Shown here: positions 18,375 through 26,548 of the stretch, piece after piece
How the letters are laid out: every line of letters starts with the position of its first letter
Position numbering within the stretch: the stretch's first letter is position 1
Origin: a virus
Reading direction: 5' to 3' (one strand)
IMG/VR virus record: IMGVR_UViG_3300018476_000004
Span: 1 to 46,378 of that record
Length of the DNA stretch: 46,378 nt
The notes under the pieces: model-generated
The model's database searches: none
What the model saw: only the letters and a program-made list of their open reading frames with translations
Told to the model about the DNA's origin: nothing
Translations under genes and position numbers: made by a program

Positions 18375-19829
18375 CTAGACCGCGGTCACTTGCAGCGCGG
18401 GGTTGACGTATCCAACATTCAAATAGATCCACTCCGGATAGGCCAGCGGGATGATCCGCGCCTCGCCGTTGAGTGTTTTGCTCGACAACACGTTGTCGTT
18501 GCGCGCCAGCGAGAATTGACAATCCGACGCCTTAGGTTTGACCAAAAGCTCGCCGCGCATGACCGCGAGCGCGCCCGCCTCGATCTCGAGGGCCTCGGAT
18601 TCCAGTATAAAACCCGTCGTGCGGTCGACGAGGATCGGGTGATTGAGGCGGCGTATGAAGTACACGCGCAACGCCGCGTGTGCGAGGTTGATCACGCGTC
18701 GATACGGCATGAGCTGAAAATCTGATCCGGCGGCGGCGAATAATCGCGGCCGATTGCAGTACACACCCTGATAGCCATCGATCGTTCGCAGAACACAAAA
18801 CCGCGCGTCGTCGAGGCCCGGGTTAACCGACTCGTCATGCTCCTCGGGATTGCCGTTGACGTCGCGGATCGATGCCGATAGCGCACCGGTGTTGACGTCG
18901 GCGATATTGACCTCCTCGGATACCGCGGCATTGCGTGCCGCGAGCACGTACGAGCTCGGGCGGCGGTACTTGCGACCGTTGACGGCCGACGAGAGTTTCG
19001 ACGCGCCCGCGCACAACATGCCGTGCTTGGATGCTTTGTCCGCAAACGCGGTCGACATAGCCCCGAGGTAAAGCGCCTCGGATTCGCCCGCGTTGGGCAT
19101 GCGGCAATGTCCAACCCAACCGTGATACTTGCCCGAGGGGAATAGCCCGGTGATCTTGTCGTCGACGTCTTGAAACGTCGAGGCGGTGAGCGCTCCGACC
19201 ACGTGCACGAGATCCCACGACGCGGCGGTCGCGCCGAGCGCGTCGAGTGCTGACTTGAGCTCGGTGCCGTTCCATTGCGGCGCAGTCGCGACCGCCGAAT
19301 GCTTGTCACCGGCGACGACCGTGCCCGCGGCGAGCTCAAACGACACGCCGCCCGAGCCCGCGATCGCGATCGACGTCGCGGTACCGAGCGCGGTCACCGG
19401 CCCGGGCGTGCGCCCGCCGTCGGTGCTCGTTGTGTAGGTGATCCCGGCGGTGCCGACCGTGCCGCCGGCGACGAATTTCAGCATGAGCTCGTAATCGTCG
19501 GCGGGCGTCGCCGGCGGCGTGGCATCCACGGTCACGACCGATGTGCCCGTCGCGACCGACGAGACCGCGCCGACCGTGCCCGGCGTCGAGCTACCGGTGC
19601 GCACGAGGATCACCGGCTTGCCATAGCGATCGATGTAGTGACACGCGGCCTCGACGAGCGGGCCCGAGCCAAATGCCGCCGACACATCCTTGACGCGCGC
19701 ATACGTCGCGGGCGTGTCGATCGGGCCCGCCGACGACACACCGATCAATGCATACAACTTGCCCGAGCTCGCCGGCAACACGCCGAGCGCACCGTCGAGC
19801 TCGGTGATAATGACCGCGGGTTGTGTCAT
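18375..19829 (-). CDS. Tail sheath protein
   Basis: 484 aa, position upstream of the tube gene; overall resemblance to DUF2586-type sheath proteins (from memory). Confidence 0.7.
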   Translation of the reverse strand: MTQPAVIITELDGALGVLPASSGKLYALIGVSSAGPIDTPATYARVKDVSAAFGSGPLVEAACHYIDRYGKPVILVRTGSSTPGTVGAVSSVATGTSVVTVDATPPATPADDYELMLKFVAGGTVGTAGITYTTSTDGGRTPGPVTALGTATSIAIAGSGGVSFELAAGTVVAGDKHSAVATAPQWNGTELKSALDALGATAASWDLVHVVGALTASTFQDVDDKITGLFPSGKYHGWVGHCRMPNAGESEALYLGAMSTAFADKASKHGMLCAGASKLSSAVNGRKYRRPSSYVLAARNAAVSEEVNIADVNTGALSASIRDVNGNPEEHDESVNPGLDDARFCVLRTIDGYQGVYCNRPRLFAAAGSDFQLMPYRRVINLAHAALRVYFIRRLNHPILVDRTTGFILESEALEIEAGALAVMRGELLVKPKASDCQFSLARNDNVLSSKTLNGEARIIPLAYPEWIYLNVGYVNPALQVTAV

Positions 19830-20377
19830 GGCGTATCCCCTGTAACGGATAGAGGTTCAGTCACATCTAACAAAGACACGTCGACGACGAGTGTCGTGTC
19901 GGCGGGCACGCCCTCGAGCGGCACGTCGGCGATCATCGATTGGATCGTGCACGTAGCTACGATCGTCGCGCCGAATCGCCGCTCGTTTTGACGATCGAGA
20001 TTCCAGGTTTCGTCGTCGATCGTGAACGTGCCGTGTGCGGCGTGGTACACCGCGCGAAACCATGCGTCGTGTAGCGCGCGCACCGCGACGTATTGCGCGA
20101 GCTCGGATTCGGGCGCGGTCAAGTCAAACGCGCTGATCACGACGTGAAACAGCTCGTAAAACGTCGCGAGTGGTCGAGGGTTGCGACCCGGGTTGCGCGC
20201 CGGGCCGTTTTTGCCGACTGTGCCCGCCGGGTTGCCGGGCACCCATACGATCCGCCGCCCGGTGTGCTGGCGCATCGGTTCGCGCCAACCAAACGGTTGC
20301 GCGACGTCGGGTGCCTCGATTGCGAAACGCGCGACGACGGCGTCGTACAAGTGCACGAGCGCGAGCTTCTCAGGCAT
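19826..20377 (-). CDS. Tail completion / neck protein
   Basis: Position between the head-completion genes and the sheath gene; overlapping gene junctions. Confidence 0.5.
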   Translation of the reverse strand: MPEKLALVHLYDAVVARFAIEAPDVAQPFGWREPMRQHTGRRIVWVPGNPAGTVGKNGPARNPGRNPRPLATFYELFHVVISAFDLTAPESELAQYVAVRALHDAWFRAVYHAAHGTFTIDDETWNLDRQNERRFGATIVATCTIQSMIADVPLEGVPADTTLVVDVSLLDVTEPLSVTGDTP

Positions 20378-20777
20378 GGCTCGCACCGCCCGCGTTGACG
20401 AGCTCGACGAAGTGCCGGTTAAGCACGACGCGCACCGCCTCGGCCATGGCCGGAGGTAGCGCGCGGGTCGGGATCACCTGTCGCGTGACGCCGCCGGCGG
20501 CGGTGCCGAGGTGGTGACGCGCCTCGGGCCCGGTGAGCCGCACGTACACCGTCGCGCCGACGGCGGCGACGCCGAGGGCCTTTGCCGCGCCGGTGAGCGG
20601 CGTGCGCCCGTCGCGCGTCGGCCGCCATGGCTCGCCCGCCGGCGTCGTGCCCGCGGCGATGGTGCGCCCCAGGGCGGCTTCGAGCGCGTCGGCGACGTCG
20701 GGTGCGGCGATCTTGCCGAGCCCGGGCAAATCCCGGATCGTGGCGATCATGCGATCGAGATCGGCGAGGCCGCTCAT
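20370..20777 (-). CDS. Virion morphogenesis protein (Mu gpG / HK97 gp10-like)
   Basis: ATGA overlap at the start; GEPWRPTRDGRTPL...VYVRLTGPEARHH pattern (from memory). Confidence 0.55.
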   Translation of the reverse strand: MSGLADLDRMIATIRDLPGLGKIAAPDVADALEAALGRTIAAGTTPAGEPWRPTRDGRTPLTGAAKALGVAAVGATVYVRLTGPEARHHLGTAAGGVTRQVIPTRALPPAMAEAVRVVLNRHFVELVNAGGASHA

Positions 20778-21256
20778 GACGAGCCCCATCGTGCGCGATC
20801 CTCGTTGCGACCGGCCTCGGCTTGTATGTCAGCACCTACGTACGGGGATTGCTCGCTATAGCTCGCAGTCGCGCCGTGCGCGATCCCCGTACCCGTCGCG
20901 TCGTCACGTAGCGGCAAGTCATACAGACCAGTGTCCGAATTCGCCGCTTGTTGGATCGCCTCGGCGGTGAATGCCGCGCGACGTTCCATGTATGCGAATT
21001 GCTCGTCAGTCGGATTGACGCCGCGTTTGACTAACAGATCCGGCGTCACGAGTAGCGCGAGCCATTGTTCTATGATCCCGGGCACGGGCGGCAAAAACGG
21101 CGTCGCATAGCGCTTGCGAAGTTGCGCGTCGATCCAATCCGATCGCGTGTCGAGTTGCGCCGCGGTGAAACCGGGTGCCATGCCCTCGACCTCGTCGACA
21201 TACCCGCCCGGTATGAGCGCGAGTAGCTTATAGCGATCGACGGTGAGATAGGCCAT
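20774..21256 (-). CDS. Head-tail connector protein (DUF1320 / Mu gp36-like)
   Basis: Begins MAYLTVDRYKLLALIPGGYVDEVE; first gene after the capsid gene. Confidence 0.5.
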   Translation of the reverse strand: MAYLTVDRYKLLALIPGGYVDEVEGMAPGFTAAQLDTRSDWIDAQLRKRYATPFLPPVPGIIEQWLALLVTPDLLVKRGVNPTDEQFAYMERRAAFTAEAIQQAANSDTGLYDLPLRDDATGTGIAHGATASYSEQSPYVGADIQAEAGRNEDRARWGSS

Positions 21257-21372
21257 GGCGGGCGTGTACCGGTGACCGTGACGACGTGACGGCGTAGACA
21301 AACCGCAATGCTCGACCCGATTCGTTGGGTCCGATAACGCCGGATCGAGCACTGCGTTAGCTAGTTAGGCCG

Positions 21373-22413
21373 TTAGGCCGCCTTGCACTTGAACAACAAG
21401 TACGGGTGCCCAGGCGAGACGACGTTGCGGCCGATACAATGCCACTCGAGCTCTTGTGCGCGGTCGAGTTGTGCTTGGTCGGTCGTGCCGTAGTAATTGA
21501 TCTTGTAGGGCTCGCGCACCGTGTAGATCACCGCGCCGAGTTGCGACTCGGTCACGTTTTCACACGCGACGTAATACGTCGTGTCTGATTCGAATCCCGC
21601 GAGCTCGTCGACCATGATCGGCGTCGCGTATCCGAGTGCTTTGATGATCCCCTCGACGTCGGCGGACGCCACGCCGCCGCCGCTCACCGGCAAGCCGAAG
21701 AATTTGGCGCCCGTGAGTTGCACCGCACGCGGAAACAAACGCGGCGGACAAAGGATCGCCGCGGGTCGCAAAAACCGCGGATCCTCACCGTTGGGCATTT
21801 TGATCGTGGCGATGTAGCCCATGATCTTGGACAGGTTCGCCAACGCAACGTCGAGTTCGACCGACTCATCAATCGGAACCGCGCCGGGATACGCGCCGAC
21901 CGGCGCGCCCGTGAGCAAGTTGTTGAACGTGCCGAGCCCGTTGTTGTACGGGTTGACCGGGTGTGCCGCGCCGAAATACGCGATGTTGTCATACGCCCGA
22001 TACTTAGTGATATCGTGCCCGTTTTTGAGCACGTCGACGACGCGCTTTTGTGGCCAATAGGCCATGTACGCGCCGATTTGGGCACTCCACTCAGAGCCGA
22101 GATTGAGCCCGTCGCCGTCGGTATCCTCGAGCTGTGCGCGCCGGAGTTTCAAACCATCGCCCGAGTAACCCGCCTCGATCTCGGTCAACGCCGACACGAG
22201 ATCTTCGAATGCGATGTTACCGCCTTTGCCTTGATCCCTAATCGTCGCGGTCGATAGCAACCACGTCAGCACGTCACGCTTTGCGCTCGTCGAGCGAACC
22301 TTGGTGATCTTGGGCCACCATAGGTTTTTGTTGAGGCGCAAATACTCTTGTTCGGTGAGTCGCTGCATACGCGACTCGAAATCCATCAGATAGCTTGGTG
22401 TAAGAGCGGGCAT
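21373..22413 (-). CDS. Major capsid protein (Mu gpT-like)
   Basis: 346 aa, position after the protease/scaffold and decoration-like genes; overall resemblance to the gpT family (from memory). Confidence 0.8.
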   Translation of the reverse strand: MPALTPSYLMDFESRMQRLTEQEYLRLNKNLWWPKITKVRSTSAKRDVLTWLLSTATIRDQGKGGNIAFEDLVSALTEIEAGYSGDGLKLRRAQLEDTDGDGLNLGSEWSAQIGAYMAYWPQKRVVDVLKNGHDITKYRAYDNIAYFGAAHPVNPYNNGLGTFNNLLTGAPVGAYPGAVPIDESVELDVALANLSKIMGYIATIKMPNGEDPRFLRPAAILCPPRLFPRAVQLTGAKFFGLPVSGGGVASADVEGIIKALGYATPIMVDELAGFESDTTYYVACENVTESQLGAVIYTVREPYKINYYGTTDQAQLDRAQELEWHCIGRNVVSPGHPYLLFKCKAA

Positions 22414-22416
22414 GGG

Positions 22417-23067
22417 TTACCTCGATCCTTTGCTCGGCGTGCTCGGGCCGCGGTCGCCAACCGGGCGGTCGCCGGATATCGGGCCCGCGCCGATCGGGCG
22501 GTCGCTCGGCGTGGTGGGTGTGCTCGGCGCGCCCGCGCCAATCGGCCGATCACCGACGCCCGTGCTCGGTGTGCTCGGGCCACGATCACCCGGGCCCGTG
22601 CGTGCCGCGCCGCCGCCGCTATCAGCGTCGAACACGGCGACCGGCGTCGGGACAAAAATCGTCTTTTGGACGGCAACACCTTTGACCGCGTCGACCGCCC
22701 AAACCCGACCGGCAACCGATCGCCCGGCTGGATCGGCCGACACCGTTTGATCGTCGAGGATCGAGCAATTTAACAACAACATGTTCGCCAGCACGGGCGC
22801 AACGGTGTCGTTGTTCCACCATACGACCTCGATCTCGACACCGAGATCGACGTTGACGGGTTTGGGCGCGGCGGTCGCATCCACATCCTCATCGAATTTG
22901 CCGATGTAGACCAAATCGGCCTCGACGTGCCCGGGCTCGCACAACCCGGTCGACACGTCGATACATGCCATGCCGCCGCGCCATGCTTTGTTGCCAATGG
23001 CGAGCGTGAATAGGTGATGCGTCCATCGCTCGATCAGCGACATACGTGCTTGCGCTAGCGCGGTCAT
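22417..23067 (-). CDS. Head decoration-like protein with a disordered repeat-containing C-terminal tail
   Basis: Lies between the scaffold/protease and the capsid gene. The C-terminus reads GDRGPSTPSTGVGDRPIGAGAPSTPTTPSDRPIGAGPISGDRPVGDRGPSTPSKG. Confidence 0.55.
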   Translation of the reverse strand: MTALAQARMSLIERWTHHLFTLAIGNKAWRGGMACIDVSTGLCEPGHVEADLVYIGKFDEDVDATAAPKPVNVDLGVEIEVVWWNNDTVAPVLANMLLLNCSILDDQTVSADPAGRSVAGRVWAVDAVKGVAVQKTIFVPTPVAVFDADSGGGAARTGPGDRGPSTPSTGVGDRPIGAGAPSTPTTPSDRPIGAGPISGDRPVGDRGPSTPSKGSR

Positions 23068-24608
23068 TTCGCTGCATCCTTACCGGCGGCGACCGCCTCG
23101 ACGGGTTTGTTGATCACTCCAAACTGGAGGAAATTGCGTGTGCGCGTCACGCCGAGCGTTTGCTCGACGAGCCCCATACGCACATCCATATCGTTCGCTT
23201 GATCCGCGCGCGGATCGCTACCGAGCGTATCGGTTGTGCCTTGGCCCGCCCCGCGCGTTGGCGCGCCGCCCGCCGCGCCAGCACGCGCCGCGAGGTCGCC
23301 GCCGGGCACGGGCACGCGCGGCAAGGTCTTGACCATATTGCGCACGGTCGCGATCGGCGTCGTTTCCTTCAAAAGTTCGGCGCGCAGCTCCTTGCCGAAA
23401 TCCGTGCGCTTGGCAAGCAACCGCTTGCGCTCGGCGCGTGCGTCGCGCGTGGCAAGTTGCGCCTCGAGCGTGTGCGCCTTGGCGAGTGCCGCGATCGCGA
23501 CCGAGTGCGTATCGTCGGCCGTCGGTCGCCCGCTGCCCGAGCTCGCGGTCGCGGTCGCGGCCGCCGGCGGTTCGGCTTTGGGCTTGGCGGGTTTGTCGTC
23601 GTCGGCGGGTACGTCGTCACCCTCGGCCGCGGGCTTTTTGTCCTTGTCCGCGTCGTCGTCGTCGCCCTCGGCGGCGTCGGGCTCCTCGCCGTCGTCGGCC
23701 GCGTCGGGCTTGTCCTCGTCGTCACCGCCAATGCCCGCGGCCATGGTTGCCAGCGCGCGTTTTGCTACGGCGGCGTTGGCGTCGTCGCCCTTAGCGGCCT
23801 CTTCGAGCGCCGCCCGGGCCTTTTCATAGGCACTCATCGCATATACCTGCTTTCCGCTCGCGACCCGAGCTAACAGCGTTTCGAATGACCCCACGTCGTC
23901 TACTAATCGCGCCGAGCGACTCGCCTCGGCGTGAAACACACCCGCTTGCATCGCGGCAACCTCGGCCGTCGGGATCCCGCGGGTATCCTCGACGAGCGCG
24001 AAAAACACGCCCGCGATCGCGTCGACAATCTCTTGTTTGGCGGTGAGCTCGTCGTCGGTGATCGGCAAGTCGGGGTTGCCGTATGCTTTACGCGCGCCCG
24101 ACGCGACGAAATCGATCCGCACACCATGCAACGCGTTCTGCGCCGTAAAATCGGGCCGCCGCTCGAGCACGCCGATCGAGCCAACCACGCCCGTGTCGGC
24201 CGTCATAATGAACGCGGCCGCCGAGGCGATCGCGTAGCCCGCACTCGTCGCGTGATCGCAATACGCGTACAACGGCTTACGCGCGGCGAGGCACATCGCA
24301 CGAATCTCACGCACGGTATCGAAACACCCGGCGCACGCGCCGCCGGGTGAGTCGACGCGCATGACGATCGCCTTAGCGGGCGAGGCACACGCCTCGGCCA
24401 TGCGCCCGCGGATCGCCTCGTACGAATCCGACCAACCCATGTCGTGCTGATCGAGCGGTCCGCACACGTCGACCACGCACACCTCGCCGATCATCTCGTT
24501 CGCACGTGACGACGGCACGATAAACAACTCGAAAAACGCTTTGGGATCGACCGCGAGTAACCCCGTGCGGTCGTAGCGTTGCGGCGCCATGTCGGGCCGG
24601 CGTTTCAT
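23064..24608 (-). CDS. Prohead protease (S49 / ClpP-fold) fused to an acidic coiled-coil scaffold region
   Basis: VDSPGG and ATSAGYAIASAA serine-protease motifs, then a D/E-rich and coiled-coil C-terminal half; ATGA overlap with the portal stop. Confidence 0.85.
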   Translation of the reverse strand: MKRRPDMAPQRYDRTGLLAVDPKAFFELFIVPSSRANEMIGEVCVVDVCGPLDQHDMGWSDSYEAIRGRMAEACASPAKAIVMRVDSPGGACAGCFDTVREIRAMCLAARKPLYAYCDHATSAGYAIASAAAFIMTADTGVVGSIGVLERRPDFTAQNALHGVRIDFVASGARKAYGNPDLPITDDELTAKQEIVDAIAGVFFALVEDTRGIPTAEVAAMQAGVFHAEASRSARLVDDVGSFETLLARVASGKQVYAMSAYEKARAALEEAAKGDDANAAVAKRALATMAAGIGGDDEDKPDAADDGEEPDAAEGDDDDADKDKKPAAEGDDVPADDDKPAKPKAEPPAAATATASSGSGRPTADDTHSVAIAALAKAHTLEAQLATRDARAERKRLLAKRTDFGKELRAELLKETTPIATVRNMVKTLPRVPVPGGDLAARAGAAGGAPTRGAGQGTTDTLGSDPRADQANDMDVRMGLVEQTLGVTRTRNFLQFGVINKPVEAVAAGKDAAK

Positions 24609-26059
24609 GCCGCGACCTCGTCGTCGTCGTCGAGCACGTCACCGTCGAGCTCGTCGTCGAGGTCGGGCACCGCCCGCAACCCGCGCGGTGCGGGCTCGCC
24701 AGCGACCGCGGGCGCGTCGGGCACCGCGTCGGCGTTGGTGTCGCCCAAAACTGGGATCGCGTAGCGCACACACATCGCACGCACGTCGAGCGCGATCCCG
24801 CTCGTTGCCAACGCGGCCTCGAGCACGGTGATCGCGTTGCCGGTCGTCACCATCGCCGAGGCCTCGGCGTTACGATCCTTGGGCGGCGTGACGTCCCATT
24901 CCACCGAGATCGGTTTCGCGTCAATCGCCTCGACGCCCCAACGCAACGCCACATACACGGGCAAGCCTTGGGTGTTGAGCGTTGCCGCGAGCCCGTCGGC
25001 GGTTTCCTTGATCAGATCCGCGCGAATCGTTTTATGGATGTCCGAATTCTGAAACCCTGCACCGCCGTCGACCGTGACCGTTTGGCCCGCGATCGCGATG
25101 ATCATGTCGGTGTTGCACTCGGTGATCGTCGTGTCGAATGATTCCCAACCGCGACCGTTAGACTCGAGCAGCTTGACCTCGTAACCCGGTGTTAGGGCAA
25201 ACACCGTGTTGACGCCCCATGCCATCACTTGTTTGAACCAAGCGAGTTTTTGCTCCTCGCTACCACCTTGCGGCGACGTGGCTACCCGTGCCGGGTTGGC
25301 GAGCTTGGCGTCGTAATTGTCTTTGTGTAATTGCGCGTGTTCTTTCCGAATGAACGATCGCCCAACGCACTTCCATAGCCCGTGTTGCCAAGGCGACATG
25401 CGCCCGCCGGGCGTGTGCAAGATCCAATGTCCGTCGCCGGGATCGATCCGTAGGAGCCCCGCGATCGATCGAAAATACCAACGGTTCTCGTTCCATCGGT
25501 ACACGAGAAATTCGGGATCGAGCCGCACGAATACCGGGTGCACGCGCCCGTATACGGGCACGAGCTCACCGACGCCGACGCCACACAACACGCCATCGCC
25601 CGCGAGCAACGCGAGCTCGGCGGCGGGAAACATTTCGTCGAACACCGACCGCGCGGTGATCGATCGATCCTCGTGCCCGAGCTCGAGCTCGGCGACAACG
25701 TCGGCGTCGCCGCGAAAGTGTTTGGGTAGCCTCACCAAGCCCGATGTGCGGGTCGACAACACGCCCGCGAGCCGACCATCGCGACGCGCCGCTCGCATGA
25801 GGCGCGCGCACGGCGCGAGGTCGCCGGTGTCGGCGCAATACTCGGCGAGCTCGAGGTCGCTTAGATACCAACGCGTTTGCGATTGCGGCAACGGTTGGAT
25901 TTGCCCGCCCATTTGGCGGCGCATTTCGCGCACGAATTCGTCGTCGGGCGTGCCGGTCTGCGACGGCACGGGCGCTTGGTACGCCGAGCGGCCGCGCAAC
26001 GCCGAGGTTGCGATCGCGAGTGCGGCTTGCGCGGCGTCAACAAAAGTACCCACGCACAC
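24605..26059 (-). CDS. Portal protein (Mu gp29 / DUF935-like)
   Basis: 484 aa, between terminase and protease, acidic C-terminus. The start is uncertain (GTG 26059; the first ATG is 45 codons in). Confidence 0.8.
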   Translation of the reverse strand: MCVGTFVDAAQAALAIATSALRGRSAYQAPVPSQTGTPDDEFVREMRRQMGGQIQPLPQSQTRWYLSDLELAEYCADTGDLAPCARLMRAARRDGRLAGVLSTRTSGLVRLPKHFRGDADVVAELELGHEDRSITARSVFDEMFPAAELALLAGDGVLCGVGVGELVPVYGRVHPVFVRLDPEFLVYRWNENRWYFRSIAGLLRIDPGDGHWILHTPGGRMSPWQHGLWKCVGRSFIRKEHAQLHKDNYDAKLANPARVATSPQGGSEEQKLAWFKQVMAWGVNTVFALTPGYEVKLLESNGRGWESFDTTITECNTDMIIAIAGQTVTVDGGAGFQNSDIHKTIRADLIKETADGLAATLNTQGLPVYVALRWGVEAIDAKPISVEWDVTPPKDRNAEASAMVTTGNAITVLEAALATSGIALDVRAMCVRYAIPVLGDTNADAVPDAPAVAGEPAPRGLRAVPDLDDELDGDVLDDDDEVAA

Positions 26060-26077
26060 GAGCTAGCCACACGGCCG

Positions 26078-26314
26078 TTAGGCGCGCGGCGAACTAACTC
26101 GGTCGGGTGCCATGCTTACCCGATAGACTCGATCCCAACCATCGGCGGCGATCCCGTATAACACCGCGAGTTTAGCGCGGCTCGAAGGGCCCGGCGATTT
26201 GAGGCCGCTCGACCATTCAGATACGCACGACGGCGACACGCGGCACCGCGCGGCGACCTCGCGGCCGGTCGTGATCTGTAGCAGCGCGATCAGCGACCGC
26301 CGCCCGCGAGTCAT
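26078..26314 (-). CDS. Cro/YdaS-type helix-turn-helix protein inserted between TerL and the portal gene
   Basis: GREVAARCRVSPSCVSEWSSG is a typical HTH; the ATG 26314 start was chosen to avoid antisense overlap. Confidence 0.55.
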   Translation of the reverse strand: MTRGRRSLIALLQITTGREVAARCRVSPSCVSEWSSGLKSPGPSSRAKLAVLYGIAADGWDRVYRVSMAPDRVSSPRA

Positions 26315-26341
26315 GGCACCGCCCGAGCACCCGTGTACACT
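26313..26341 (+). promoter_or_regulatory. Candidate promoter (ATGGCA-N17-TACACT) with the palindrome GTGTACAC over the -10 element
   Basis: Read directly; lies in the 34-bp divergent gap between 26314 and 26349. Confidence 0.35.
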
Positions 26342-26348
26342 TGCGCGC

Positions 26349-26501
26349 ATGTTCGCCATGATAATTTTGTGCATTGCGGTGTTGTGTCTCGCTGTGATGC
26401 ATGCACCCATGCCGCCGTGGCAACCACTCCAATGGATCGCGGTCGGGTTGACCGTGCTCGCGCTACTCGCCGTGTGTTTGCGTTGGTCGCCTATTGGATA
26501 G
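26349..26501 (+). CDS. 50-aa two-TM membrane peptide, antisense to the late operon
   Basis: MFAMIILCIAVLCLAVMHAPMPPWQPLQWIAVGLTVLALLAVCLRWSPIG; local GC drop; promoter-like ATGGCA-N17-TACACT ends 7 nt before the ATG. Confidence 0.45.
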   Translation: MFAMIILCIAVLCLAVMHAPMPPWQPLQWIAVGLTVLALLAVCLRWSPIG

Positions 26502-26548
26502 CGGTGACGGCGGTAACGACGACCGCGTGCGCGGCACCGCCGCCGCCG

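Noticed and set aside
21257-21372. Possible small gene or strong terminator between the capsid and connector genes
   Set aside because: Only a 7-bp inverted repeat (TGCTCGA/TCGAGCA) with a long loop was seen. It has no U-tract and there is no credible ORF, so it is left unannotated.
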